IMG/VR virus record: IMGVR_UViG_3300012363_000003
Coordinates: 1 to 63,410 of that record
Strand: one strand, 5' to 3'
Source: a virus
DNA length: 63,410 bases
Shown here: positions 25,307 through 34,358 of the stretch, one piece after another
How positions within the stretch are numbered: position 1 is the first letter of the stretch
How the letters are laid out: each line of letters begins with the position of its first letter
The notes under the pieces: model-generated
Database searches by the model: none
Seen by the model: only the letters and a program-made list of their open reading frames with translations
What the model was told of the DNA's origin: nothing
Position numbers and translations under genes: made by a program

Positions 25307-28033
25307 CTAACGGAAGCTCCTGCCAAGTCCGTTCATCTGCATCTGCCCGGCGATAAACTTCATGAACCACGAGGCAAGAGTCTGCCCGTCCAGGTTGAGG
25401 TTATATTGGTGCGTGCTGTTGCCTCCACCCCCACCACCACCTCCCGCACTAGCATGAGCAATACGGGCCGCAATCCTGCTGGACATCATATCTATTATTG
25501 GCATATTATCCTCGGCGGACTGTGCCATCATCTTCATCATGGTAGGCATCCACTTGTTGATATCCCGCAGTGGCCCTTCATCAGCAGGAGACTTGTGCGG
25601 CATGTGTGAGGCGATGGCGCTTGCAACAGCCTGTGCCGCCCGGATTATCGCACCTATCATAGCCATAATGCCATCTATAATGCCCTGGACTATATTCTTA
25701 CCCGCCTGCACTAGCCATTGCCCAGCCCCAGCAAAAACCGCTTTGATCTTACCTGGGAGGTCCGTGAAGAACTTGAGTACAGTTGCAATGCCCGTGGAGA
25801 CCGCTGTTTTGGCACCATTCATAGCATCCGTAAAGTGCTGCTGAATTTGGGCCTTGAGTACGAGTATATGAACCAGCACGTTTACCACAAAGGCAATGAA
25901 TAGGGCGATAAGCAAGGCCCAACCAGCACTCCACAGAGCCTTAACCAAATTGATGCCTGCCTGGATGTGTGCTACCAGATTGGCTGCAAATGCTACGATC
26001 TTGGCGATTACACCAGAGACCCAGGAGGCCACAGCAGAGATTATATTAGCAAAGAAAGTTACGAAGGCAGTCAGCATGGCCTTTAGCATATTCGGAATGA
26101 TCGAGTGGCCTACCAGAGCATTAGCTAGGTTGGTGAAGTAGCTAATAATTCCGCCGATGAAGTGGAGGACGAAGGCAAGGATACTCCCAAACAAGGTGTA
26201 GACCAGGCCAATAATTACGTTGAGTATGCCCTTGAAAAATTGAGCAACCCCCGTCCACAGCATATTCCACCCCTGGGATATCATCGCTCCGTTGCCATGC
26301 ATTATCCCAACAATAATCATCCCGAAGCCCTTGAGGATATTTATGATACCACCAAGAATACCGATAATTCCGGTAATAAGGTGTGTCACTCCGACCAATA
26401 CCGCAGCAATGGCACCGATAAAGGCATGTATTAAGCCAACCACTGCGGCACCAAAGACCAAAAGAAGGATCATGCCTAGCTGCTTGAGAAATGGAACTAT
26501 AGCGGCTATTTCGGGGGCGGCATCCTTAAATGCAGCTTTCATCTCGGTCCACACAGTTATAAATTGATCCCGAATAAGCGCGACAATATCGTTGAATATC
26601 CCACCGAGAGCGCCAAGTACCTTCCCCACATAGTACATGGCAATACCAACATCCCCCGTCTGGTTTCTCAGCCATGCCCATTTAGCAGCTAGCCAGGTAA
26701 TTCCTACAGCCAGCCCAGCCACAATCGCAACCACAGCAACCATGATACCGATGAGCAGGGCGAAGGGGGAGAGAGCAACGGCTACGATCAGACCCACCCC
26801 CGCCAACGCCGCGCCGATTAACAGGACCGAGGTAAACATTTTCGGGCTTGTATTGGATATATCAATGAGATGCTGCACAAAATCCCTGATACCTTTTGCT
26901 ATAGGCGTCAGGGTAGGCAGGAGGGAAAGGCCAAGGATGCCAGCAAGACTTTGCACATTCGTTTTGGCTGCTTGGACGGCTCCACTAAAGCTGTCCTCCT
27001 GCATCTGTGCGTAGTGTGCAGCGCCGCCTAGATTGTCGTGGGTTTTCTTGAGTTGCTTGAGGAGGTCGTCAAAGCTCTTTACATGGTTGATGAGAGCAAG
27101 GATACCCTGACTAGCACGAGTACCAAACATGGTGGAAAGAGCGGCAAACTTGTCCTTGTCCGACATGCCTGCCATCTTGTGTGCAAGCTCATCAATAACA
27201 CCAGCAAGGTCCATAGCCTTACCCTTGCTATCGAATAGGGATATACCTAGCTTCTGAAACTCCGCAGCAGCCTTGGCGGTGGCTGGGGCGGCAAGCTGGC
27301 GAAGGAAGTAATAGAGACCCGTGCCAGCCGTGTTCATGTTGCCCATAGCTCTCGCGGTAACATCCAGGGCGACCATGACCTCGTTTGTTGGCTCCCGGAG
27401 GGCGGCAGCTACAGGACCAATCTTAGCCAGAGCCGCAGTCATTCCTTGTGCCTGGAAGGTGCTGTGCTCCATCGAGAACTGGAGGAGGTCTGCAAAGTGG
27501 GCGGCGTCTTTAGCTTTCGCACCAAAAGCATTCATTGTGTTGGCAAGCAGAGTGAAGGCAACAACCGGGCTTACCTTAATGGCCTCGGCTAGGTTCTTAC
27601 CCGCCGTACCCATGCCATTCATGATCTCTGTTGCCGTGAAGCCGCGCTGACCGAGCAAAACGAAGCCCTGAGCCAACTGATCCACACTGTAGATAGAGGT
27701 GCCCGCAACAGAGATAATGTACGCCTGCATCCTCAGCATTTCAGCACTGGTAGCCGAGGTCGCCACCTGAATACGCAGCAGTGTTTGTTGGAGCTTGGAA
27801 CCCTGATCTACGGAATAGACGATGGCACCACCGAAGAGCAAGAAGGCAGCAGCAAGACCAGCAACAATCCCCAGGCCGACAAGGTTTTTGGACATGCTGC
27901 CAAAGCCAAGGCCCGCACGTTTGGTAAGGTTCTCCATATTAGCGAGATTACCATTCACCATGCGGAGTCCGGCATTTGCGGCATCGTCCAGAAAGATGCG
28001 TATTCCTATGTCTGCTGAGTTACTTGTGCCCAT
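25307..28033 (-). CDS. Tape measure protein (908 aa)
   Basis: Assigned by size, long helical and Gly/Ala-rich hydrophobic segments, and position after the chaperone pair. Confidence 0.85.
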   Translation of the reverse strand: MGTSNSADIGIRIFLDDAANAGLRMVNGNLANMENLTKRAGLGFGSMSKNLVGLGIVAGLAAAFLLFGGAIVYSVDQGSKLQQTLLRIQVATSATSAEMLRMQAYIISVAGTSIYSVDQLAQGFVLLGQRGFTATEIMNGMGTAGKNLAEAIKVSPVVAFTLLANTMNAFGAKAKDAAHFADLLQFSMEHSTFQAQGMTAALAKIGPVAAALREPTNEVMVALDVTARAMGNMNTAGTGLYYFLRQLAAPATAKAAAEFQKLGISLFDSKGKAMDLAGVIDELAHKMAGMSDKDKFAALSTMFGTRASQGILALINHVKSFDDLLKQLKKTHDNLGGAAHYAQMQEDSFSGAVQAAKTNVQSLAGILGLSLLPTLTPIAKGIRDFVQHLIDISNTSPKMFTSVLLIGAALAGVGLIVAVALSPFALLIGIMVAVVAIVAGLAVGITWLAAKWAWLRNQTGDVGIAMYYVGKVLGALGGIFNDIVALIRDQFITVWTEMKAAFKDAAPEIAAIVPFLKQLGMILLLVFGAAVVGLIHAFIGAIAAVLVGVTHLITGIIGILGGIINILKGFGMIIVGIMHGNGAMISQGWNMLWTGVAQFFKGILNVIIGLVYTLFGSILAFVLHFIGGIISYFTNLANALVGHSIIPNMLKAMLTAFVTFFANIISAVASWVSGVIAKIVAFAANLVAHIQAGINLVKALWSAGWALLIALFIAFVVNVLVHILVLKAQIQQHFTDAMNGAKTAVSTGIATVLKFFTDLPGKIKAVFAGAGQWLVQAGKNIVQGIIDGIMAMIGAIIRAAQAVASAIASHMPHKSPADEGPLRDINKWMPTMMKMMAQSAEDNMPIIDMMSSRIAARIAHASAGGGGGGGGNSTHQYNLNLDGQTLASWFMKFIAGQMQMNGLGRSFR

Positions 28034-28039
28034 TGACCT

Positions 28040-28396
28040 CTAGGTGCCCATGTCGCGTGGGTCTGCACAATCGTCACAATCGGTGCCTTGCCAGTAGTCG
28101 TTCGGATCGTCTTCACCGAAGCGGAAGTCCTCCTCAAACCCCGGCCTGAGACCGCTCTCGCGCTCCCCACCCCCCTCGTGTTCCATCTCTTTGTTCTTCT
28201 TGTATTGGTACGCCCCGACCTCCTCGAACATGATCGCCAGGTAGATCGCCTCCTCTTCGGGAAGCCGCCCCACCTGCTCATAGGTCCAACCAAACTCAGA
28301 GTAGCAAGAGTACCGAAATGCGAAGGAGGAGATGTCTAGTTCTGGGTGTGCTGTACCGCCAGTTAGGAGGCTTCGTCTGACGGACTCTCTAAAGGG
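28040..28396 (-). CDS. -1 frameshift extension of the tail assembly chaperone (GT-type product)
   Basis: The -1 frame opens exactly at the CCCTTTA heptamer and stays open across the chaperone stop to 28040. Confidence 0.55.
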   Translation of the reverse strand, partial: PFRESVRRSLLTGGTAHPELDISSFAFRYSCYSEFGWTYEQVGRLPEEEAIYLAIMFEEVGAYQYKKNKEMEHEGGGERESGLRPGFEEDFRFGEDDPNDYWQGTDCDDCADPRDMGT

Positions 28397-28872
28397 TCAA
28401 GCTCTGCCTTTTTGGGGGGCTGTGTGGCATTCAGAATGCGGGTGGCAATTTCATCAAGCAGGCTGCCATCCACCTCGGTTATCGTCTTCATGTTAATCGG
28501 TACGGGCTGACCGGGGGAGTACTCAAAGGGCCAAAACTTCAGACCGATTAATACAACCATCTTGGTATACGCCGACTGGTCCTGCTTAACGATAGTAGGC
28601 TTTCCGTCTTTGTCCAGGTCGATCTGAATAGCCGCCTTGTTCGCCTTCTGTCGCTCATCAATTGTCAGAGCACGCTTCACACGGATCGGGATTTCTTGCC
28701 CCCGCCAAAGAATGGAGGTCTCTATCCCACGATCATTCGCATCCGAGGAATAGTCCGACCATATGAAACGCTGCTCAATCATATCCTCAGCCATTTGTTG
28801 TGTCTTCTCCTTCAAGTAGGCCACCGTATCAACTATTAGGGGGTGGGACAATCTCTTATCTGGTTTCCGCAT
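28363..28872 (-). CDS. Tail assembly chaperone (169 aa)
   Basis: Assigned by position between the major tail and tape measure genes and by the downstream -1 frame extension. Confidence 0.65.
   Translation of the reverse strand: MRKPDKRLSHPLIVDTVAYLKEKTQQMAEDMIEQRFIWSDYSSDANDRGIETSILWRGQEIPIRVKRALTIDERQKANKAAIQIDLDKDGKPTIVKQDQSAYTKMVVLIGLKFWPFEYSPGQPVPINMKTITEVDGSLLDEIATRILNATQPPKKAELDPLESPSDEAS
28390..28396 (-). promoter_or_regulatory. Candidate -1 slippery heptamer C CCT TTA
   Basis: It has the X XXY YYZ pattern in the zero frame (gac cct tta), 27 nt before the chaperone stop. Confidence 0.5.
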
Positions 28873-30113
28873 TATGTCGTATACCCTGTATTGGGCACCG
28901 TGTTCTGGACAAAGCCTGTGATGAGCGCCGCACCTGCTGGAACAATCGCCTTACCCTTAGCCTTGATGAGTACATTGTCCTTCGTCGTATCGTGCTCCAC
29001 GGTGTCGTAGGTCGTATTCGGAAGCACTATGTTGAGTTCCTGCTGCGTGAGTATCTGAGCGCCGATGGAGAATGTGCCACCTGTCAGACCAGCACCAGAG
29101 CCAGTTAGAGGGTTGCCGTCGTTCAGGTTTGCCAACAGCAAGCTCACTGTGTATGGACCACCCGCCGAACCACTTACTATCGCTCCGCCAGCACCAACAG
29201 TGGAGATGGCAACGAGGGCAGCCTGTACAGCGGCAGCAGCGGCATTGAAGACGATAGTGCCCGTTGTGACGCCGTTGTAGGTCAGTGTAAAGTTGCCTGC
29301 CGAGGGCGCACCGAGGGTCACTACGAAAGTCTTGCCGATGTTCAATCCCAGGAGGTCGAAAGTGAGGGAGTCTATAACGTTATTGCGCCACCTGTCGTAG
29401 ATCGTGGTGTTGTCGAAGCGTGCGGTGAAGTCCAGGGTGATGTCACGCTCCCCGAAGTAGACCGTCACAAAGTCCTGGGTCCCGTTCGCAGGATACCAGA
29501 GGGTGATCTTCTGCGCGTATTCAATCTGGAGGTCTGCTACATCCTGGGACACCGCACCGTCTATGAACTTGATCGTCGGAGCGTATCCGGCGAATGGAAG
29601 GAGAGTCGAGTAGGAGGGGGTTGGTGGGGAGAGGTTGGGCTGCGCGAAGAGGCCGACCCAGTTGCTATCGAGTTCGAGGAGCTTCCCGTCAGCTACAAAG
29701 TGCAATATCCACTTCTCAACCACTGAGTAAGGGATATAGTAGAGGCGCGTGTCCAGGCTGCGGCTGATGGTGTAGCTTGGGGGCACGTCCTGTAGCTGGA
29801 AAGTATGCTTCCAGACAGACGGCAGGTTCACGCTATCCGGTTGGGCTGAGGATGGGAGTCCCATTCCGCCCCAAAGCTGGATCGGGGACACGTCGTTGTA
29901 GTACGGTCCCTTCATCTCTATGGCTGACTGGCGCACGGAGTCCACTACCCCATAGTTCGCATTCCGATCTCCGCGCTCTTCATTCAGGTACTCACGCTTT
30001 TTGCCACCCTTGAATACCGTTTTGGTTGGGAGGTACTTCGTAGGCACCGTAATAGCAGTACCCGGCGTGGTCTCCTTGGCTGTGGCTGTCCAAGATTTTT
30101 TACTTATACCCAT
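28872..30113 (-). CDS. Major tail protein with C-terminal Ig-like domain (413 aa)
   Basis: Assigned by position. C-terminal segment is FVVTLGAPSAGNFTLTYNGVTTGTIVFNAAAAAVQAALVAIS. Confidence 0.55.
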   Translation of the reverse strand: MGISKKSWTATAKETTPGTAITVPTKYLPTKTVFKGGKKREYLNEERGDRNANYGVVDSVRQSAIEMKGPYYNDVSPIQLWGGMGLPSSAQPDSVNLPSVWKHTFQLQDVPPSYTISRSLDTRLYYIPYSVVEKWILHFVADGKLLELDSNWVGLFAQPNLSPPTPSYSTLLPFAGYAPTIKFIDGAVSQDVADLQIEYAQKITLWYPANGTQDFVTVYFGERDITLDFTARFDNTTIYDRWRNNVIDSLTFDLLGLNIGKTFVVTLGAPSAGNFTLTYNGVTTGTIVFNAAAAAVQAALVAISTVGAGGAIVSGSAGGPYTVSLLLANLNDGNPLTGSGAGLTGGTFSIGAQILTQQELNIVLPNTTYDTVEHDTTKDNVLIKAKGKAIVPAGAALITGFVQNTVPNTGYTT

Positions 30114-30125
30114 TTGTATTATTCC

Positions 30126-30524
30126 TTATGGCAGCGCAACCAGATCGACGGTGATATCCCCAGCGACGTTATCCGCATTGCCGAGGGTGCCCTTGACCTG
30201 GATGAAGGTAGAGGTTGAGCCGATTGCTCCCTGCGTACTGTTTATGATGTATGGGACTGCCAGCACACCAACAGTAAGGAAGGCAGCAATCGCAGCACCA
30301 ACACGAGCCATACCCGAAAGCCCGCCAGCCACCGTGGTTGCGTCGAGTTCCCAAATGATCCCAGGTGTGGTGCCAGTAATAGCTGACCCATGCCTGATAA
30401 TCAGTACCCAACCAGCCTCGCCACCGTAGGGGATTAGTTTGGAGAGGTAAGTAACACCAAGGCCCGTCACGGCTGGGGTGAGGACCTCGTGCAACAGGAT
30501 TTGTTCCTGCCTAATAATTGACAT
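30126..30524 (-). CDS. Hypothetical protein, member of a 4-paralogue family (132 aa)
   Basis: Shares the ..ITGTTPG...STQGAIG..F(I)QV.. pattern with 30535, 30934 and 33039. Confidence 0.55.
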   Translation of the reverse strand: MSIIRQEQILLHEVLTPAVTGLGVTYLSKLIPYGGEAGWVLIIRHGSAITGTTPGIIWELDATTVAGGLSGMARVGAAIAAFLTVGVLAVPYIINSTQGAIGSTSTFIQVKGTLGNADNVAGDITVDLVALP

Positions 30525-30534
30525 TGCGAACTCC

Positions 30535-30930
30535 TTAGACTATCTGACCCACCAGATCAGCGTAGACCCCAGGGAACACGGGGCTTGTTCCGCCTACGGT
30601 AGCAATCACTCTTATAAAGTTTTGTGTGATAGCCCCCTGTGTAGTGCCTGTCGCGTATGGAGTAACCTGTACACCCACGGCAGTGATGTTTGCCAGCGCC
30701 GCACCCACCGTAGCCCACGTTATCTGATCGTTGCTTTGCTGCACTGCGAATACTAGTGTGGGGGTGGTTCCGGTTACTGTTCCCGCGACTCTGACCAGGA
30801 GAACCCACAAGGCAAAGGTATCTACTGTGTATGCTGAACTGGTATAGACCAGACCAGAAGTAAATGGTGCTGCGGCAGGACTGGGAAGTGTCTCGTTCGC
30901 TAAGATTGGAATAGCATGACCAATCGCCAT
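30535..30930 (-). CDS. Hypothetical protein, paralogue family (131 aa)
   Basis: AGTVTGTTPTLVFAVQQSNDQITW...GTTQGAITQNFIRV...GGTSPVFPGV is closely similar to 33039..33398. Confidence 0.6.
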   Translation of the reverse strand: MAIGHAIPILANETLPSPAAAPFTSGLVYTSSAYTVDTFALWVLLVRVAGTVTGTTPTLVFAVQQSNDQITWATVGAALANITAVGVQVTPYATGTTQGAITQNFIRVIATVGGTSPVFPGVYADLVGQIV

Positions 30931-30933
30931 CTT

Positions 30934-31326
30934 CTATGCTCCTATTAAGTCAATAAACACGCCTGTTGCTGGGGATACCGTTACTACAGCGTGTATCCGT
31001 AAGAAGGGTTCAACAATCGGCCCCTGTGCAGAAGCCTCAGCATATACGGTTCTCTGAATGACGCCAATCGTAGCCGCAGTCAGCGCTGGTCCGGCCTGTG
31101 CAAAGTTAATCCCGTCTACGCTTACCATCAGTGAGAGGAGCATAACGCCGCCCCCGCCTTGTAGCGCATACATCACCCACTCGCGGCGGCCATCGTTATT
31201 GATTATGGGACTATCAATAGCGCCTACAGCAAGCGTGGCATTAATGACGGCCTCCTCAACCCTAATTCCTGTAGTCTCTGCCATAACTCTCCTATGTCTG
31301 GTCCAGGTTGAACTCAGTGTGAACAT
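30934..31326 (-). CDS. Hypothetical protein, divergent paralogue (130 aa)
   Basis: LMVSVDGINFAQAGPALTA...AQGPIVEPFLRIHAV aligns with the family. Confidence 0.5.
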   Translation of the reverse strand: MFTLSSTWTRHRRVMAETTGIRVEEAVINATLAVGAIDSPIINNDGRREWVMYALQGGGGVMLLSLMVSVDGINFAQAGPALTAATIGVIQRTVYAEASAQGPIVEPFLRIHAVVTVSPATGVFIDLIGA

Positions 31327-31630
31327 TAAAATCGACCACCAACGCGACTGTCGGCTGTCCAGATACGGGGACCTGAGTAGTAGCGAGGTCTGTTGCAGTC
31401 ATGGAGATAGCCAGCCCGCCAAGTGCCTGATTAGGGATTGCCGCAAGGAACCGCATCCAGGGAACAGCGTATGCGTAGGCCCGGAGGAGGGAGTCGGCTA
31501 TCTCCGTGCGGCGAAAGAGGTGTTGCATGGTGTAGGTCAGGAGTACTCGTATCTTGCCATTGGTCTCATCCACGATCCTGCCCCTGGTGAAGCGAAGTAT
31601 GACAGCATTATCCCCCGGCACCCTATCCAC
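31292..31630 (-). CDS. Hypothetical protein (112 aa)
   Basis: First ORF after the internal non-coding gap. Confidence 0.5.
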   Translation of the reverse strand: MDRVPGDNAVILRFTRGRIVDETNGKIRVLLTYTMQHLFRRTEIADSLLRAYAYAVPWMRFLAAIPNQALGGLAISMTATDLATTQVPVSGQPTVALVVDFNVHTEFNLDQT

Positions 31631-31979
31631 CAGAGTTGGGTATACCTTCGTGATGGAGGGTATCTGGGTGACGATCAGAGCGGAGATGGCGTTGGCTATC
31701 GGGCCTATGAGGGTATCGTTTGGAGTAAATGGTCCGGGGATGTTACACCTTGCTTATCATTTATGGAAAAGTATATACGTGTTTGGTACTTTCGGGAATA
31801 AAAACGAGAAAAAATTTGTTATCTCTGATATAGACTGAGTTAAGTACAGAGCTACTTCAGAGAGTACTCTTCAGTAGTCAGTCACATACCAGAGCTAGCC
31901 GTAGCCACCCCATGCCCACAGGCACCAGGGCCAGGCACGCTGTTTAGGAAGAAGAGAGGAACCGATTAATATAAGGAGA

Positions 31980-32447
31980 TTAGAGACTCCACCCATCCCT
32001 ATCCAGACCTCTACCCCCAATTCCGCCCGCCCCCTCCTCCAAGTACTTCGCCATTCTACGGATTGCCTGCTCTCCCACGGGGTTCGGGCGGTTGCGGTCA
32101 CGTTCTATGCAGACCTCTAGCGGGACATTGGTAAAGTCTTGTATCTCCGCCTCAGCCTGACCAAGTACGAGCGCCTGGATTTGTTGCACATGGGTTGGGT
32201 TTATGTTGGTGTCGTCTACGATCACGACGTATCCCGCGTGCATAGCAAGCAAGATCGCCGCATCCCGCACGTTCCTCACAAGCTCTTCATTCTCCGGACT
32301 GTACACACCATCATCGAGCATCCCCCGTATATCGTCCTTGTTCACGCGCTTATAACAGCCGGGGCATTGGTGCATTTGCTCTTTGGCCCATGTGCTCTTC
32401 CCGCTCCCTGGAAGTCCTTTGGTGAGTATAACCTTAGCTTCCACCAC
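31980..32447 (-). CDS. pnk: Polynucleotide 5'-kinase (T4 Pnk kinase-domain-like), no phosphatase domain (155 aa)
   Basis: ILTKGLPGSGKSTWAKE P-loop, NKDDIR (Asp/Arg pair), VIVDDTNINP and ERDRNRP align motif-for-motif with the T4 Pnk kinase domain as I recall it. Confidence 0.7.
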   Translation of the reverse strand: MVEAKVILTKGLPGSGKSTWAKEQMHQCPGCYKRVNKDDIRGMLDDGVYSPENEELVRNVRDAAILLAMHAGYVVIVDDTNINPTHVQQIQALVLGQAEAEIQDFTNVPLEVCIERDRNRPNPVGEQAIRRMAKYLEEGAGGIGGRGLDRDGWSL

Positions 32448-32703
32448 GTACCTCGATCTTCCCCGTATACTTCCGATACTCTGATGAGGTGGCTTTGGGC
32501 GGGAACTCTACTTGCACATACGCTGATAGCTCCGGCAACTCGTGTCCCTCTTCTGCCTCCGGGATTTCTGTGGACTCGACAAGCATAGAGATCGTGCAGC
32601 TGAAGTCCTGGTGCTGTACCGTTCGTATGTGGTAGCCCTTGGGGAAGTATAGCGCACTCTCCAAGACACGAAGATCAACTTTTAAGACGCCTAATCCCAT
32701 CAT
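32434..32703 (-). CDS. Hypothetical protein (89 aa)
   Basis: ORF in the array; overlaps the kinase start. Confidence 0.45.
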   Translation of the reverse strand: MMGLGVLKVDLRVLESALYFPKGYHIRTVQHQDFSCTISMLVESTEIPEAEEGHELPELSAYVQVEFPPKATSSEYRKYTGKIEVRGGS

Positions 32704-33038
32704 CGGGCCTCTCTGCTCTTCAGGTAGTCCCTATGCTCACGGGCCACCTTCCGCACGTCCTCATGCGCGCTCTTCACCGCATCAGCAAACCAGTGCATGA
32801 AAATCTCCTCGGCATTATCCAGACCCCTCACCCTATCCATGAAGCTACCCACCACATTATGTGCGGTCTCGAACTTGCTACCCGCCCACTCTACGTCCTC
32901 TTCCAGCGCCTCGATCCACACCTTCGACTTCTCCCCTATCCACTCCTCGGCATCATTCACGCTGTCGTTGAGGTCGGGCACAATCGGGGCGGGTTTCCGG
33001 GTTGGCCTGGTTTTATTAATCGGTTTCTCTTCTTCCAT
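32700..33038 (-). CDS. Hypothetical acidic protein (112 aa)
   Basis: ORF in the array. Confidence 0.5.
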   Translation of the reverse strand: MEEEKPINKTRPTRKPAPIVPDLNDSVNDAEEWIGEKSKVWIEALEEDVEWAGSKFETAHNVVGSFMDRVRGLDNAEEIFMHWFADAVKSAHEDVRKVAREHRDYLKSREAR

Positions 33039-33398
33039 TTAGCAATCCAATCCTGTGAATGCTGTGGTTACATTGGGGAAGACCGGGGTAGTTCCGGCAA
33101 CGATCCAAGCAACCCTGATGAATGCTTCCACAATAGCCCCCTGCGTCGTGCCCGGTCCATATAAGGTTCGTTGGTTGCCTATTGCACTGAGGGTAGCCAA
33201 CGCCGCACCCTTCTGAGTCCATGTAACCCCATCAGGAGAGGTCTGCACGGCAAAGACAATTGTGGGGGTTGTACCAGTTGGTGTGCCTGCCAGCGCCACG
33301 GCAAGCAGGAAGCGTCTGGACTTTGGGTTAGGGAATGTTGCCGAGTTACCAGAAGTACTGATCGTGGCCTGGGTGTGTACTTTAGCGTGTAAGCTCAT
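33039..33398 (-). CDS. Hypothetical protein, paralogue family (119 aa)
   Basis: AGTPTGTTPTIVFAVQTSPDGVTW...GTTQGAIVEAFIRV...AGTTPVFPNV. Confidence 0.6.
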   Translation of the reverse strand: MSLHAKVHTQATISTSGNSATFPNPKSRRFLLAVALAGTPTGTTPTIVFAVQTSPDGVTWTQKGAALATLSAIGNQRTLYGPGTTQGAIVEAFIRVAWIVAGTTPVFPNVTTAFTGLDC

Positions 33399-33406
33399 CT
33401 ATACCT

Positions 33407-33625
33407 CTATGGGAACTCATTAGCGACTCCATTCTTCTTGTCGGCTAGCTTCTGCCTGGCACAAAGTATCGTCTTTAGCCAGCCGTCCGTACCAGCAGGC
33501 TCCCCCGTCTCAGCGAGGTAGTCCAGGTAGGCGCAGTCTGCGTGCCAGTTGCCTGTAAACCCGTCCCTGCGCTGCGTCACCTCACTGGCTGTCATATTCA
33601 CTCCACAAACCTGACACAAGGGCAT
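33407..33625 (-). CDS. Small Cys-containing protein (72 aa)
   Basis: CQVCG...HADC motif; ORF in the array. Confidence 0.45.
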   Translation of the reverse strand: MPLCQVCGVNMTASEVTQRRDGFTGNWHADCAYLDYLAETGEPAGTDGWLKTILCARQKLADKKNGVANEFP

Positions 33626-33638
33626 ATTTATTCTCCTT

Positions 33639-34079
33639 TTAGAATGGAACGCCTACACCCATCACACACATGCCGAGAGCTATGTTGACGTGGTAGAGCG
33701 CCCAGGTTTCCGTAGCCACCAGCCCATCACCCTGCGCGGTTAGGAAGAACATCTCCCTCGGGTCATTGGTGAACGTGGGCAGGCCAAGCGGATCACCCTC
33801 CTGGTACGCGACATAGATGCGCCGCCATGCCAGGAGTTGCTCTATGTTCTGAGCGAAGACCCATAGCAACTCATTCGTGGACGTACTCTGCTCGGGGATG
33901 AAGTCCATGTCTGCCTGCAATGCGCCTGTCAGGAAGGGGGTTCGCTGGATGATTAGTTCCTTCATGATATCCCCTAGCTCTGGCGTAAACTCGTGTAGCT
34001 CGTGGTTGATCGTACCCCATAGGTCCTGGTGAATAATCAGCCCGGTGCCCGCGATGATCTCGACGCTACCTACTTCCAC
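33639..34079 (-). CDS. Head-tail joining region protein (146 aa)
   Basis: Assigned by position between the capsid and tail genes. Confidence 0.45.
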   Translation of the reverse strand: MEVGSVEIIAGTGLIIHQDLWGTINHELHEFTPELGDIMKELIIQRTPFLTGALQADMDFIPEQSTSTNELLWVFAQNIEQLLAWRRIYVAYQEGDPLGLPTFTNDPREMFFLTAQGDGLVATETWALYHVNIALGMCVMGVGVPF

Positions 34080-34356
34080 TCATCACCTCCCGCAGTCTCT
34101 TGCATTCCTCTGGCGTGTGGTATTCCAGTACAACCATCCACTTACAGACGGGGCACTCCTCGCTTACATGGCCTGGGCAGAATGAGTCAGAAGGTATTGG
34201 TATGCCATTACGGGTAAAGTAGTAGTTCTGGAGGGTTCCATTCTCCCAACGGATGAGTATTGTTTCTGCATGGCGCGGTTTCTTACACCAGTGACAGACA
34301 ACAGGTTGGGGGTTCCATGAAGCTAAGGGATCATAGGTATTTGGTATATTGAACAC
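34066..34356 (-). CDS. Cys-rich protein (96 aa from GTG 34356; the track ORF extends to 34422)
   Basis: The GTG lies 2 nt after the upstream stop, with ACGAGG as RBS. Confidence 0.4.
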   Translation of the reverse strand: MFNIPNTYDPLASWNPQPVVCHWCKKPRHAETILIRWENGTLQNYYFTRNGIPIPSDSFCPGHVSEECPVCKWMVVLEYHTPEECKRLREVMSGSR

Positions 34357-34358
34357 GC

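Noticed and set aside
28403-28415. The CCCCCCAAAAAGG run might be the chaperone frameshift site.
   Set aside because: The -1 frame entered there hits a TGA within eight codons. The frame only opens at the CCCTTTA heptamer further downstream.
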